64,000 nt of DNA from Mytilus trossulus (lineage: Eukaryota): the NCBI RefSeq assembly GCF_036588685.1, contig NC_086380.1:33594313-33658312 (forward strand), in the 5' to 3' direction. Shown in pieces: positions 26,371-38,275 of the stretch. Every line of letters begins with the position of its first letter. Position 1 is the stretch's first letter. Both the position numbers and the translations under genes were made by a program. The notes beneath the pieces were generated by a model. The model saw only the letters and a list, made by a program, of their open reading frames with translations, was not told where the DNA came from and did no database searches.

Positions 26371-26431
26371 TATAATTTTTATACGACCGCAAATTTTGAA
26401 AAAATTTTCGTCGTATATTGCTATCACGTTG

Positions 26432-26484
<53 letters not shown>

Positions 26485-28250
26485 CGAATACTTTTAGTTT
26501 TCGCACTCTAACTTTAGTAAAAGTGAATAGAAATCTATGAAATTTTAACACAAGGTTTATGACCACAAAAGGAAGGCTGGTATTGATTTTGGGAGTTTTG
26601 GTCCCAACATTTTAGGAATTAAGGGCCAAAAAGGGCCCAAATAAGCATTTTCTTTGTTTTCGCACTATAACATTAGTTTAAGTAAATAGAAATCTATGAA
26701 ATTTTGACACAAGGTTTATGACCACAAAAGAAAGGTTGGTATTGATTTTGGGAGTTTTGATTCCAACAGTTTAGGAATTAGGGGCCAAAAAAGGGCCCAA
26801 ATAAGCATTATTCTTGGTTTTCGCACAATTACTTTAGTGTAAGTAAATAGAAATCAATGAAATTTAAACACAATGTTTATGACCACAAAAGGAAGGTTGG
26901 TATTGATTTTGGGAGTTTTGGTCCCAACAGTTTAGGAATAAGGGGCCCAAAGGGTCCAAAATTAAACTTTGTTTGATTTTATCCAAAATTGAATAATTGA
27001 AATTCCTTGATATGCCGAATCTAACTGTGTATGTAGATTCTTAATTTTTGGTCCCGTTTTCAAATTGGTCTACATTAAGGTTCAAAGGGTCCAAAATAAA
27101 ACTTAGTTTGATTTTGACAAAAATTGAATCAGTTGGGTTCTTTGATATGCTGAATTTAAAAATGTACTTAGATTTTTTAATGTTGGCCCAGTTTTCAAGT
27201 TGGTCCAAATCGGGGTCCAAAATTAAACTTTGTTTGATTTCATCAAAAATTGAATAAATGGGGTTCTTTGATATGCCAAATCTAACTGTGTATGTTGATT
27301 CTTCATTTTTGGTCCTGTTTTCAAATTGGTCTACATTAAAGTCCAAAGGGTCCAAAATTAAACTTAGTTTGATTTTAACAAAAATTAAATTCTTGGGCTT
27401 CTTTGATATGCTTTATCTAAACATGTACTTTGATTTTTGATTATGGGCCCAGTTTTCAAGTTGGTCCAAATCAGGATTCAAAATTATTACATTAAGTATT
27501 CTGGAATAGCAAGAAATTTTCAATTGCACAGTATTGCACAATAGCAAGAAATATCAAATTGCAGAGTATTGTGCAATAGCAATTATTTTTTTCAATTGGA
27601 GTTATCTTTCTTTGTATAGAATAGTAGTTGAATCAACTTTAATCATTGTTTTATACAATATACAATGTATTTTCATTTTTACTACCAACTGATAAATTAA
27701 AACAATCTTTACCATTCAGTGATAACAAGCACTTTTTATAACATTTTAATATTGTATGATGTATTTAAATGAGCAGTTATTGTTGCAAACTTCATTAGAA
27801 ATTTGAATTGAAATCAGTACATTATAACTTTAGTATAAGTGAATAGAAATCTATGAAATTTAAACACAAGGTTTATGACCATAAAAGGAAGGTTGGTATT
27901 GATTTTGGGAGTTTTGGTCCCAACAGTTTAGGAATTTTGGGCCCAAAGGGTCCAAAATTAAACTTTGTTTGATTTTGACAAAAATTGAATCCTTGGGGTT
28001 CTTTGATATGCTGAATCTAAAAATGTACTTATATTTTTAATTATTGGTCCAGTTTTCAAGTTGGTCTACACTAAGGTCCAAAGGGTCCAAAATCATAATG
28101 TGACATAAACCTATGTTGTGTCAACTATTTAATCACAATCCACATTTAAAGCTGTATCAAACTTAAAAGTTGTGTCCATACTTGTCCCATCTGTTCAGGG
28201 TTCTACATCTGCGGTCGTATAATGCTGCGCCCTGCGAAGCAACTGGTTCA
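26371..28250 (+). mobile_element. Composite TIR-bounded non-autonomous element inside MVP-A intron 10. Termini are TTTATACGACCGCA … TGCGGTCGTATAA. Interior contains a (GTC)n microsatellite (26433-26484), a ~160-bp satellite x3, a ~117-bp satellite x5-6, ~35-bp cagtattgcacaatagcaagaaat repeats and a unique tail.
   Basis: The two ends carry the same 13-nt motif in inverted orientation. The whole structure recurs on the - strand at 38996-41335 and 43921-45905. Confidence 0.65.
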
Positions 28251-29562
28251 TCTTTGTTACCATCCATCCGTGGTTTCCTTTTGTTAATATAAAATATTAT
28301 AATAAAATGATTCCATAAACAATCGTATAATACTAATATATGTATTAGGTCTTGTCAAAACTTCATCGTGATTAGGCCACGTTGCCATGTTTGTTTTCTT
28401 TGATCACGTTGATGACTTAATTAATATCTCCACAATCTAGCTTTATCCTTGATTATCATACGAGTTACAATAACGTGTCATATTTAATTGCAATACAAAC
28501 AGTTAAATCTTATTGAATTATTTGCATGTGCAAAATAAGTGTCGAACATCGTCTACGTTTGAAAATTATTTGGTCGCCATTTTGTTATATGTAACTTCGA
28601 AATTTTATCAAAACAAATAGCATGTATCCACTTTAACAGAGGGAAATAATGTTTAATTCTATGCTGCATTAAGGTAAGACAATTATTGAAAAGACATGAA
28701 TCTAACAATTTTTCGATTTTCATCGTACAAATCTTTAAAAATATATATTCCCATGTCGCCCCAAGCTAACAATGTACATGCAAACTGCATGGTCGGTGCA
28801 TGTAAATCTTTATTTTTAGTGTGAGAGACTGTTTCTAATAAATATATTGAAGAACATGTGAAAATAGAAATTTCTTAAGTACAAAAAGACACACTTTGAT
28901 AAATGTCTTAAATATTACTTTTTACATTTATAACTAAATTAATACCGGCATGTCATGTCGTTCTGAACCTTCAACAGTGGCCGCCATTTTGAAAATATTG
29001 CTGAAGACTGCCAAAATATGAACTTTTCAACCAAATTTCGAAGCAAAAAGTTTAATACCTGAACTGATATGGTTTGCGATTTCATTTAAAGGAATATGTT
29101 GTCGATCTTTTTAGGGGTTGGAAGGATATAAGTTACAATAAATTAGTTGAGAAAATTGATTTTACAAAAAGGTCCCATTGCAATTTTATCGAGTTTTAAC
29201 GAAGATGTCAACGAAGGCTGTGTGGCTATGTCACCTCAATTTTCAAACTTATTTCGAAGCACGAAATCATATTTCTGAACTAAAACTTAAAACATATTTA
29301 ATTGTAAAAACTTATTAACTGTAAAACGCGGGGTTGGGAGGGAAAATATACATTATAACAAAAAAGTTATGACCGTTTTATCTATGTACCCCGTTCACTT
29401 TCATTGATAATCAATCGGCCATTAATGATATACAACTTAAGTGTAAAAGTCACGTGATGAGGGAGATAGTTGGATATGTGAACCCTATTGTTGGGAACCT
29501 GTACATGATTTGGTTGTTCAGAAACAAAAGAATTATATTCTTTTCATGCTTAGGCCTTTTTT

Positions 29563-30440
29563 TTTTAATTAGTTGGTTTACGGATCCGCCGACCCGATTT
29601 TGTTTAAAAGTGAAATAAAATTAAAATTTTGATTTCGTGTTGTTTTTTATTCCGCCGACCCGATTTTTCGAGTGCTGTGAATAAAAAAATCCGAGGCGTT
29701 CCAAAACGTTTTGTCTGTGTCAATAAAGCGTTTGTAGTGAACGGCGTATTTTGAAAAGCTTCGAAATGACGCAGACGAATTCAAAAACCCAACGAGGGAG
29801 GACCATGGAGTCTGACGGCTTCATCTACTTTCAGTTGAATATTAACTTTGATGGTCAACGTACTGAGAGCACTTTTATCAAATGCAAACCTAAGCAAACA
29901 ATCGGCGATGCCATATTCGACAATATGGCTGATGAAAATGTTGCCATTGTCAAGGTACAAACAGTTTCGCCACCAAACAAAACTAGGGCAGACACCCCTA
30001 CCAGTACACCCGTAGAAGTGCTTGCGTCCTTTGGGGCAAAAATTATATTTGTTGATGTAAATGAAGGAGCACCTCCAGAAAAAAGTGCAAAGCTGAACAT
30101 GGATGATAAAGTTAATGCTTTTTCAATCCTACTCATTATCATATTCTCATCCTAATTATGCATCTGATTAGCCACTAGACATTAAACAACAATTGACCAT
30201 CCATCCATCAAATGCAAAGCATATCAAGATAAGAGCTAAACTATTTCTCCTCCTCAACCCCTGTAATGTCATGAATGAACAGCTTTTTTTTTTTTTCCTC
30301 CGACTCAAATTTTTCAGAACAGTTATACGTGAACAAAAAAAAAATCTAAGATTGCTATTTTATTTTTATTTTTTTTACCTCCTCCGACCCTAACCTTTGA
30401 CACTAGTTGTCCGTAAACCAACTAATTAAAAAAAAAAGGC
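29563..30440. mobile_element. Harbinger/Tourist-like non-autonomous element with a 33-bp perfect TIR GGCCTTTTTTTTTTTAATTAGTTGGTTTACGGA and flanking TTA. Carries an internal 134-aa ORF (29751-30155).
   Basis: The 5' end reads gcTTA|GGCC… and the 3' end reads …GGCC|TTAgaag. The reverse complement of the 3' terminus matches the 5' terminus base for base over 33 nt. Subterminal CCGACCC repeats are present. Confidence 0.65.
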
Positions 30441-30513
30441 CTTAGAAGCAATATGCAGAACATAAATTAATGAATATAAATGGAGAATTTTATCAATCTA
30501 TATTTTTTTTCAG

Positions 30514-30757
30514 GCATGAGGCAGAAAGATTAGAACAGGAAGCTAAAGGAAGATTAGAGAGACAAAAGATTTCAGATGAAGCAGAAGCTGAGAAATCCAG
30601 GAAACAATTGTTAGAATTACAGGCAAACAGTGCTGCAGTAGAGAGTACTGGTCAGGCTAAAGCAGAGGCACAGTCCCGAGCTGAAGCTGCCAGGATTGAG
30701 GGTGAGGCAGCTGTAGACCAAGCCAAACTGAAATCACAGGCCATGAAGATTGAAGCA
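30514..30757 (+). CDS. MVP: MVP-A exon 11 ((R)[81 protein letters not shown])
   Basis: Follows a 4.8-kb intron. Acceptor ttttttttcag, donor gtaagt. Confidence 0.85.
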
Positions 30758-31650
30758 GTAAGTAGAATAATGTGTTGCCCTGTCAGAATATCACAGGGTA
30801 TGCATCCAGTGATTCAAGGATGTTCGTTACTCTATTTCAAAATAACAAGCTTTTTAAAAGACTATTATAAATTGATAGTATATAAACAATGAAACTAAAA
30901 AAGCAGAAAAAAATGAAGGGTCCGTGTGCTTGTTTTCTAGATATAAGCCATTGAAAATTTGGCGGGAATTAATTCTTTCTAAATTTTTCATACACTTAAC
31001 ATTGGCACCTTTTTTCTTTCAAAAACGAATAAAAAATAACTAGGAATTTATAAGATTTTCATATATGACATTTTAAACTATTTGTAATCAAATTATGAAA
31101 AGAAAGGTAGGGGTTAGTGGGCAAAATTTTTAATGGCCTTACATGGATAAAACCAGAGGATTCTGAATGCCTAGCAAAAAATCAAAAACAAGAAGAGCGA
31201 ACATCCTAAACCACAAATTTAAATATTCAACAAACTACAAATCTCCTATTGCTTGTCTGGACTTTCTCAATCCATGGATATTTGTATCCATGAAAAGAAA
31301 GTAATCCAGAGTATATGTTATATAATAAAAAATAAAGAGACATCGTAAGACTGCCAATGACTCAAATTTCAACCTGAGACCAAAGATTAAAGATGTAAAC
31401 AACAACATGTACATGGAAAGGTATGCCCTTCAACAATGAACAAAACACATACCTGGTAGAAAATTTTTAAAGTATTTCAATAAATAACAACTATAAATAA
31501 AGTTATTAGGCAACACTTGAAAGTAATTAACGGAAATTGTCTTACAAAATGAATACTTGATTTTTCTAATCCAAATGTCAAGGTACATATTTACTCTTGA
31601 TAATGCAAATGTTTGAGAGTGTATTTTCAATTTCTTTGTTGACTTTGTAG

Positions 31651-31989
31651 GAGTCTGAATTAGAGAGATTAACACAAGCCAGAGAGGCAGAACTTAAATA
31701 TGTGAGAGAGCAGAACGATATGGAACTTTCAAAATCAAAAGAAATGTCAACCATCGAAACAACAAGGTTCAAGAACATGGTGGATGCTATTGGAGCAAAT
31801 ACATTGGCAACCATGGCTTCAGCTGGACCAGACCAACAGGTCCGTATGTTGCAGTCCCTGGGCCTGAAATCCACCCTTATCACAGACGGTAGCACACCAA
31901 TTAATCTGTTCAATACAGCTAATGGTTTGATTGGAGGTATGATGCCAGCAAAGAGGAGCAGGAGGACTGATGACGAAGACGATGATTAA
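31651..31989 (+). CDS. MVP: MVP-A exon 12 ([112 protein letters not shown])
   Basis: Acceptor tttgtag, stop TAA at 31987-31989. Confidence 0.9.
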   Translation, partial: ESELERLTQAREAELKYVREQNDMELSKSKEMSTIETTRFKNMVDAIGANTLATMASAGPDQQVRMLQSLGLKSTLITDGSTPINLFNTANGLIGGMMPAKRSRRTDDEDDD

Positions 31990-32790
31990 AACTTGGTGAT
32001 AAACTGTGAAGTAACACAAAAATGAAGGTTGAACTTTGAACTTTAGTAACTATACTGACTGATAAAATCCTTGGCGAAACTCTAATGTTTATTTTTGGTT
32101 GTACACATTTCGTTATCTTCTTCTGTATTTTGTTGAATATAATTTTGTTTCTTTTTGTTATTTTTTGTTATTTGAATGGACAAAATGTTTGAGGGATAAG
32201 TAAAGATGTGAGAGTGATACTTGGGGATTTTAGTGAAAGAGGTGTGAAAATAATATTCTGATAAAAGCAATGGACCAAGTATGTGATAAAAATTTATAGT
32301 GCTCTCCTATTTTCATTGTATAGTTTTATATCATTTTCATATCCAAACTATAAGTAGAAAGTTATCTTGATTCATTTATTTTGATTATTTAATAACTTTT
32401 ATATACTGTTAAACATAAAAAGGACACAAAATTTTTGTGCAATAATTATTGTCTTACTCCAAAGTTTGGCGAATAAGTCATATATGTCTGTTATTTATAT
32501 TATTTCCTGTTTACATACAGCCACTTTTATATTGACTATTGTAAGCACCTAATACAATCATAACTGTAAATACCGTGATTATATATTGTTATAAATCATG
32601 TAATGTATGGTTAGTTGTAGTGGATTTAAAAAAAGGTATAAAAATACTTATAACAGAAAAGTTAATAAAAAAATTAAATATAATCACCTTCTTATTTCAC
32701 ATGTTTCAGTACTATTTGTGTTCTATTAGTGAGCAAGAAAAACTACAAGATTTAGAAATACCAAGATATTGAACTCAACAAAAATTCACT

Positions 32791-32991
32791 TAGGGCTATT
32801 CCAGAAAAAATGTATGGGGGAGTTGGAAGGCACATTGTATTAATGATACATGGGTGATGGGTATCAGAGCAACTTTTCACACTATAATGCACTATAATTC
32901 TCAATTACAATTGTCTGGGTGACGGGTGCTGACAAAAACTGCCTTCCAACCCCTCCTACATTTTTTTCTGGAATAGCCCTTACCACATACT
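32791..32991. mobile_element. Harbinger/Tourist-like MITE with a ~40-bp TIR (TAGGGCTATTCCAGAAAAAATGTA.GGGGAGTTGGAAGGCA) and flanking TTA
   Basis: The inverted terminal repeat is directly readable. ~200 bp, non-coding. Confidence 0.65.
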
Positions 32992-35734
32992 TTAATGAAA
33001 AGTAATAAAATCTTTTGATCTTTTGAACAAAGACTGAACACAACAGAACATCAAACAGGCTATTTATTTAGACTTCACACTTGCAAAATACCAAATATTA
33101 AGATAGTTTTTCTGGGTACCAAAACCCTAGACATGACATACCTCATAAAAGAAAAGAAACAACACACACAATACATGCTACACACTTATTTGGATGACTG
33201 CAAAGTATCATGTGAAGCCTGACAGTTTGCTGGTAGTCAAATTATACTCCAAGTTAATGTATGGACACTGCACATGCTAAAAGAAGCTGGCTGACTTCAA
33301 CCAGTACAAATCACTGACCTCTGTAATAACAGTATACTATGTGGATTTATTGTATAGATAAAAAAGAAAGATGTGGTATGATTGCCAATGAGACAACTCT
33401 TCACAAGAGACCAAATGACACAGAAATTACCAATGAGCAAAGCCCATACCGCATAGTCAGCTATAAAAGGCCTCGAAATGACTACTGTAAAACAATTCAA
33501 ACGAGAAAACTAACGGCCTAATTTATGTACAAAATAATGAACTAACAAGCATCCTGAGAGTATTGCATGGCAATACATAGTCCCCTACTGGTTAAAAATT
33601 AATTGTACTGGAACAAAATGCTAACTTGATCTATAATTGTCATGGTGTTATTTATACATAACAAATATCAAATCAATATCTTCAAGCATGACAAAAAAAA
33701 GTGTGGAAAACTGATTATTTAAGTCCAAGGACCAAAACTCTGTACAAAATCATTAGACTGAAACAAAATTCGAACTTGGTCTGTAACTTATATGATAAAA
33801 ATTTAAAAAAAAACAGACACTTTAAATCACAAAATTGATCAGCAAGTCAAGATCTACTAACAAGTCAAACTTTGCTGATATATTTAGAAGACTGTCACTA
33901 TCTATAGGAGTGATTGCCCTTAAACAAAGAATTTTTTTTACCCACTTTTGTGTTTTGAGCAAGAACTAAAGAAGATAAAATGAATATTTTAATATTCAAG
34001 TGCAACCTGAATTATAACAAACAATTATATTCAAATATACATAAAGGCAATAGCAGTATATCGCTGTTGAATAGTCATAAATCGATTTAACTGAAACAAA
34101 TCCGGGTCACAAATCAAACTGAGGGAACACATCAAATATAAGAGGAAACAAAACGGAACAAAAGAAACATTAAACTGCTAAAAAAACCAAAACAACATAC
34201 ATAGAAACGGACTATGTGATAACAACTGCCACATTCCTGAATTGATACAGGACATTTAAAGAAAAAAATAGTGGGTTGAAACTGGTTTTATGGCTAGTCA
34301 AACCTGCAGCTTATATGGCAATGTAAAAAAATACCATTTAGATGACAACATTACGTGACAGGAATACAGTACAAATAAAAGCAAGAACATTCAGGACAGA
34401 GAAATACATCAATAAATAATATAATAATTAGGGATGTCAACTCGGTGAAGATTTACTAATCGAGTAATCGTTGGATTTACCGAGCAATACTCGGAGTACT
34501 CCCTCAGTAAAACATTTACAAAATGGAAACACAAAAGTATACCCGACGATCATCTGGTAGCAATATATATATGCTTTCCAAGTACAATGTACACTGCAAA
34601 TATACCAAAGACAATGCCGATTTTTTATGCAAATAAAACAATTACAAAGATCTTGAAGATAAATTTAATTGGTGTCAACTGGTTCAAAAGTTAAACATAT
34701 ATTATTCTGGTCCTAATTAAAGTTTGTAGGACGATTTGAGCATCGATGAAGAGACATTAATTGTCGAAGTATGCATCTCGTTCAGTAAAACTTGTACCAT
34801 TAATGTTATTATTTCCATTGAGTAAATACTTCTGCTGGTGCGCAGTTTGTCCCCGAAGGTTATACCAGCCCAGTATTCAGTTCCTGATCGGTAATAGCAT
34901 GCAAATACAAATAATGTTTTTGATTGAAATTTCCTATCGACTCGTGAAATTTAAAGATGAGAAATATATCTCACTAAAAAAGCAAAGCTCGGATTCCTTG
35001 TCCGGATTTGGCTTTACTTGGGGTCCATTTTGGTTTGATCAGCTCTTCAATAGTTGTAGAAGAATTTGAATTTTTAGAGCATCTTTGAAGAGACATTAAT
35101 TGTCAAAATACGCACCTTTTGTATTAAAATGGGTAACGTTAATGTTATTGGCCATTGCGTTAAAATTGCAGACAAGTTTTGTTTATAGGAACAGCATTGG
35201 CACAAATGTGTTCAATAGCCTCGTTTTAAAAGTGATTTTCCTCTTTTTACTGCATAATGTGTGGTATTTATATACAGGTATAATGTATTAAAACCCGAAA
35301 GTTAATTAGCAGTTAAAGTCTTCGATGAATGAAATATTTTTATACGTTTGACTTAATATGAATGTTAATCTGCACAAAGGACTACGTTAAGTGTATATGC
35401 ATGCATTGGTGATCAATGGTTTAATTATTTAATAAAATAATTATCACCAGAAACTCGTTTTATATTACTATATGAATATAAATCTCAAAATATAAACATA
35501 TTTATATCCAAGTCTTTTATGATATACGCATGTTGCACGCCTCGTGATTATTGGAATAGTGCTGAAGTATTGTAAAAGTCACTGTTCAGTGTTTGGTTTA
35601 AGTAACCATTAAAGAGAAGTGCAAAACTGTCCTTATAGAAAATCATGTTTGTCTTCCTTTGAAGAAAAAATGTATGCTGTTTCCGACGGCGGCTACGGCG
35701 TCAACAATGCATAAGTTTGTGATAAGGTCAGTGT

Positions 35735-36070
35735 ATTAAAACCCGAAAGTCATGGTCTATTGACCTGAAACTTGTTTACTTTACATGTATATTAGTGTGT
35801 AATTTGGTCAGTTATGGGGATGGCAGGTAAATGATATTTTGTATGCAGTTGTATTAACATTGGTACATCTCATGTCCATGGGATTTATTTAACACCGCCC
35901 CTTCCGTCATGGTCTATTGACTGAAACGTTTTCTTACTAAACATGTATTAGTTTGTAATTAGGTTAGGTTATGGGGAACCACTAGTGGTAGGTCAATACT
36001 ATTTGGTATGCAGTTGTGTTAGCATTGGCACATTTCATTGCCATGGAGTTTTTTGGCGCATCCAATCAGT
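35735..36070. repeat. ~165-bp tandem repeat x2 (gtcatggtctattgac(c)tgaaac…gcagttgt(a/g)tta(a/g)cattgg(t/c)aca…)
   Basis: Two adjacent units at ~80% identity. Confidence 0.5.
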
Positions 36071-36134
36071 CAGCGCTTATTGGCTTTGAAACTTGAAACG
36101 TATTAGGTTGTGATTAAGACGATATATATATATA

Positions 36135-37527
36135 TTTGGCAATCGCCAATGGCAGTCAGCAGGGTTAAAGAACATCAGTTGTTCGACCTGTTAGTCAAAT
36201 GCGTTTTGTTTAAATATACTTTTTCACTCTTTTGGTCTTTTGGAAAATGTTGTTTGTGCTGTTTTTAGACCCTTCTACAACGAAATTTGTTTGACATGCA
36301 CACGTATAAAAATTGCGGTTTTTATCCAACGCAGTCATAGGTTTGAACGTAGTTTTCAATTTAGACTCGTTTATATTTTTTGTTTGGGCATGTATCATAT
36401 TTTCCCTCCGGTTTATATGATCCGTTCATCCTATATATTGACTCTTAAAATTCAAGAGTTAATCTAAAAATGAGGGTACTTTCTCTAAAAATGAGGGTGC
36501 TTTTTATATGGCCTTCCAAATACCGTTTCGATCCCTAACATCACTGAAGAGACATTTATTGTCGAAATCCGGATATGGTGTACTAAAGAAATATTGACAC
36601 CGAATGTTTGTGGCACAACATCCTGTCCACAAGTTAACAAATTTTTTTTTTTCTGTGACGTATTAAATTTATAATCAGATCCATTTTGTTACAACCTGTG
36701 ATCAATTTTATTTGGCAATCGCCAATGGCAGTCAGCAGGGTTAAAGAACATCAGTTGTTCGACCTGTTAGTCAAATGCGTTTTGTTTAAATATACTTTTT
36801 CACTCTTTTGGTCTTTTGGAAAATGTTGTTTGTGCTGTTTTTAGACCCTTCTACAACGAAATTTGTTTGACATGCACACGTATAAAAATTGCGGTTTTTA
36901 TCCAACGCAGTCATAGGTTTGAACGTAGTTTTCAATTTAGACTCGTTTATATTTTTTGTTTGGGCATGTATCATATTTTCCCTCCGGTTTATATGATCCG
37001 TTCATCCTATATATTGACTCTTAAAATTCAAGAGTTAATCTAAAAATGAGGGTACTTTCTCTAAAAATGAGGGTGCTTTTTATATGGCCTTCCAAATACC
37101 GTTTCGATCCCTAACATCACTGAAGAGACATTTATTGTCGAAATCCGGATATGGTGTACTAAAGAAATATTGACACCGAATGTTTGTGGCACAACATCCT
37201 GTCCACAAGTTAACAAATTTTTTTTTTTTCTGTGACGTATTAAATTTATAATCAGATCCATTTTGTTACAACCTGTGATCAATTTTATTTGGCAATCGCC
37301 AATGGCAGTCAGCAGGGTTAAAGAACATCAGTTGTTCGACCTGTTAGTCAAATGCGTTTTGTTTAAATATACTTTTTCACTCTTTTGGTCTTTTGGAAAA
37401 TGTTGTTTGTGCTGTTTTTAGACCCTTCTACAACGAAATTTGTTTGACATGCACACGTATAAAAATTGCGGTTTTTATCCAACGCAGTCATAGGTTTGAA
37501 CGTAGTTTTCAATTTAGACTCGTTTAT
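36135..37527. repeat. 576-bp tandem repeat, 2.4 copies, copies identical to the base. Bounded by (TA)n on both sides.
   Basis: Period 576 (unit starts at 36135, 36711 and 37287). The ORF-track pairs 36210/36786 and 36240/36816 are 100% identical. The third copy is truncated where (TA)n begins at ~37527. Confidence 0.85.
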
Positions 37528-37700
37528 ATATATATATATATATATATAACATTGTTGGGTTGATGTCTAGACGAGTTGTATATATATACATTGTTGGGTT
37601 GATGTTTAGACGAGTTGTATATATATACATTGTTGGGTTGATATTTAGACGAGCTGTATATATATATATATATATACAATTCGTCTAAACATCAACCCAA
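37527..37700. repeat. (TA)n plus 3 x ~40-bp tandem motif acattgttgggttgat(g/a)t(c/t)tagacgag(t/c)tgtatatatata, followed by its inverted copy. Forms a local palindrome.
   Basis: Direct reading. The inverted copy caattcgtctaaacatcaacccaacaatgtta lies at 37678-37709. Confidence 0.7.
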
Positions 37701-37737
37701 CAATGTTAGATCTGTAAATTTGCTTTCGCAAATTTTT

Positions 37738-37841
37738 GGTTCTTCCCTCGCCGGGATTCGAACCCATGCTACTGTGATATCGTGACACCAAATCGCCTGC
37801 ACTGCAGCCGTCCCGCTAGACCACACGACCACCTGGGCTCT
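37738..37841 (-). mobile_element. tRNA-derived SINE-like unit, copy 1 (reverse complement reads gagcccaggtggtcgtgtggtctagcgggacggctgcagtgcaggcgatttggtgtcacgatatcacagtagcatgggttcgaatcccggcgagggaagaacc)
   Basis: Contains D-loop-like GGTCTAGCGG and T-loop-like GGTTCGAATCC boxes (pol III A/B-box-like), but is ~100 nt long and does not fold as a canonical tRNA. Confidence 0.5.
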
Positions 37842-38172
37842 CGAAAAAAGAGCTTTCGCTGGCCGTGTGTTACCTTTCCACGTCAGTTTTAATCTAGCGG
37901 CGTACTACAGAACATGATATATAAGGCATGAAGATGTTATTGTTACAGATCAGCTAAATTATCTATAGTAAAGGATCCTACAAATTAATGTAAGACACAG
38001 TCATAGAAAATAATTATATTTATAAGTACGTCTGAGTCAGTGACAACTCCACAACAGATGTATCCATCGGATCGCCATCAATGATACATGGCTGTGTACA
38101 TAATGTATATACAACTCGTCTAAACATCAAACCAACAATGTTAGATCTGTAAATTTGCTTTCGCAAATTTTT

Positions 38173-38275
38173 GGTTCTTCCCTCGCCGGGATTCGAACCC
38201 ATGCTACTGTGATATCGTAACACCAAATCGCCTGCACTGTAGCCGTCCCGCTAGACCACACGACCACCTGGGCTT
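38173..38275 (-). mobile_element. tRNA-derived SINE-like unit, copy 2
   Basis: ~95% identical to copy 1, with the same flanking agatctaacattgttgg… tail. Confidence 0.5.

Larger units (their letters stand above)
16839..31989 (+). other. MVP: Major vault protein gene, paralog A. Complete CDS of 12 coding exons, 858 aa.
   Basis: Translated exons align collinearly with vertebrate MVP ([13 protein letters not shown]…RQDNER / [17 protein letters not shown]… / …[15 protein letters not shown]… / …TGEEWL… / …[20 protein letters not shown]… / …[22 protein letters not shown]… / …[36 protein letters not shown]… / coiled-coil cap helix / …[24 protein letters not shown]…). All junctions are GT-AG and the exon lengths sum to 2577 = 3x859. 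Confidence 0.9.

Noticed and set aside
26339-26566. ORFs encoding poly-arginine tracts (MVINLVLKFHRFLFTFTKVRVRKLKVFGRRRRRR…) at 26339-26566 (-), 41113-41361 (+) and 45745-46116 (+)
   Set aside because: These are translations of the (GTC/GAC)n microsatellite inside the composite repeat element. The same 'protein' recurs only because the repeat recurs, and there are no splice or coding signals.
29855-30142. Minus-strand ORF overlapping the 134-aa ORF in the Harbinger-like element
   Set aside because: It is the alternative strand of the same unexplained ORF. I have no basis to prefer it, and the + strand ORF has a better start context.
31578-31913. Antisense ORFs overlapping MVP exons (for example 31578-31913 -, 42625-42873 +, 17409-17618 -, 18450-18644 -, 53025-53324 +, 24557-24793 -)
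   Set aside because: They lie on the opposite strand of strongly supported MVP exons and have no homology. They are typical spurious antisense ORFs.
34761-35291. ORFs 34761-35069 and 35100-35291, which begin with similar peptides (MSKYA…LMLL…)
   Set aside because: The similarity comes from a repeated GAAGAGACATTAATTGTCGAA(A/G)T… unit boundary that also occurs at 36545 and 37121. They are repeat-derived, not a gene family.
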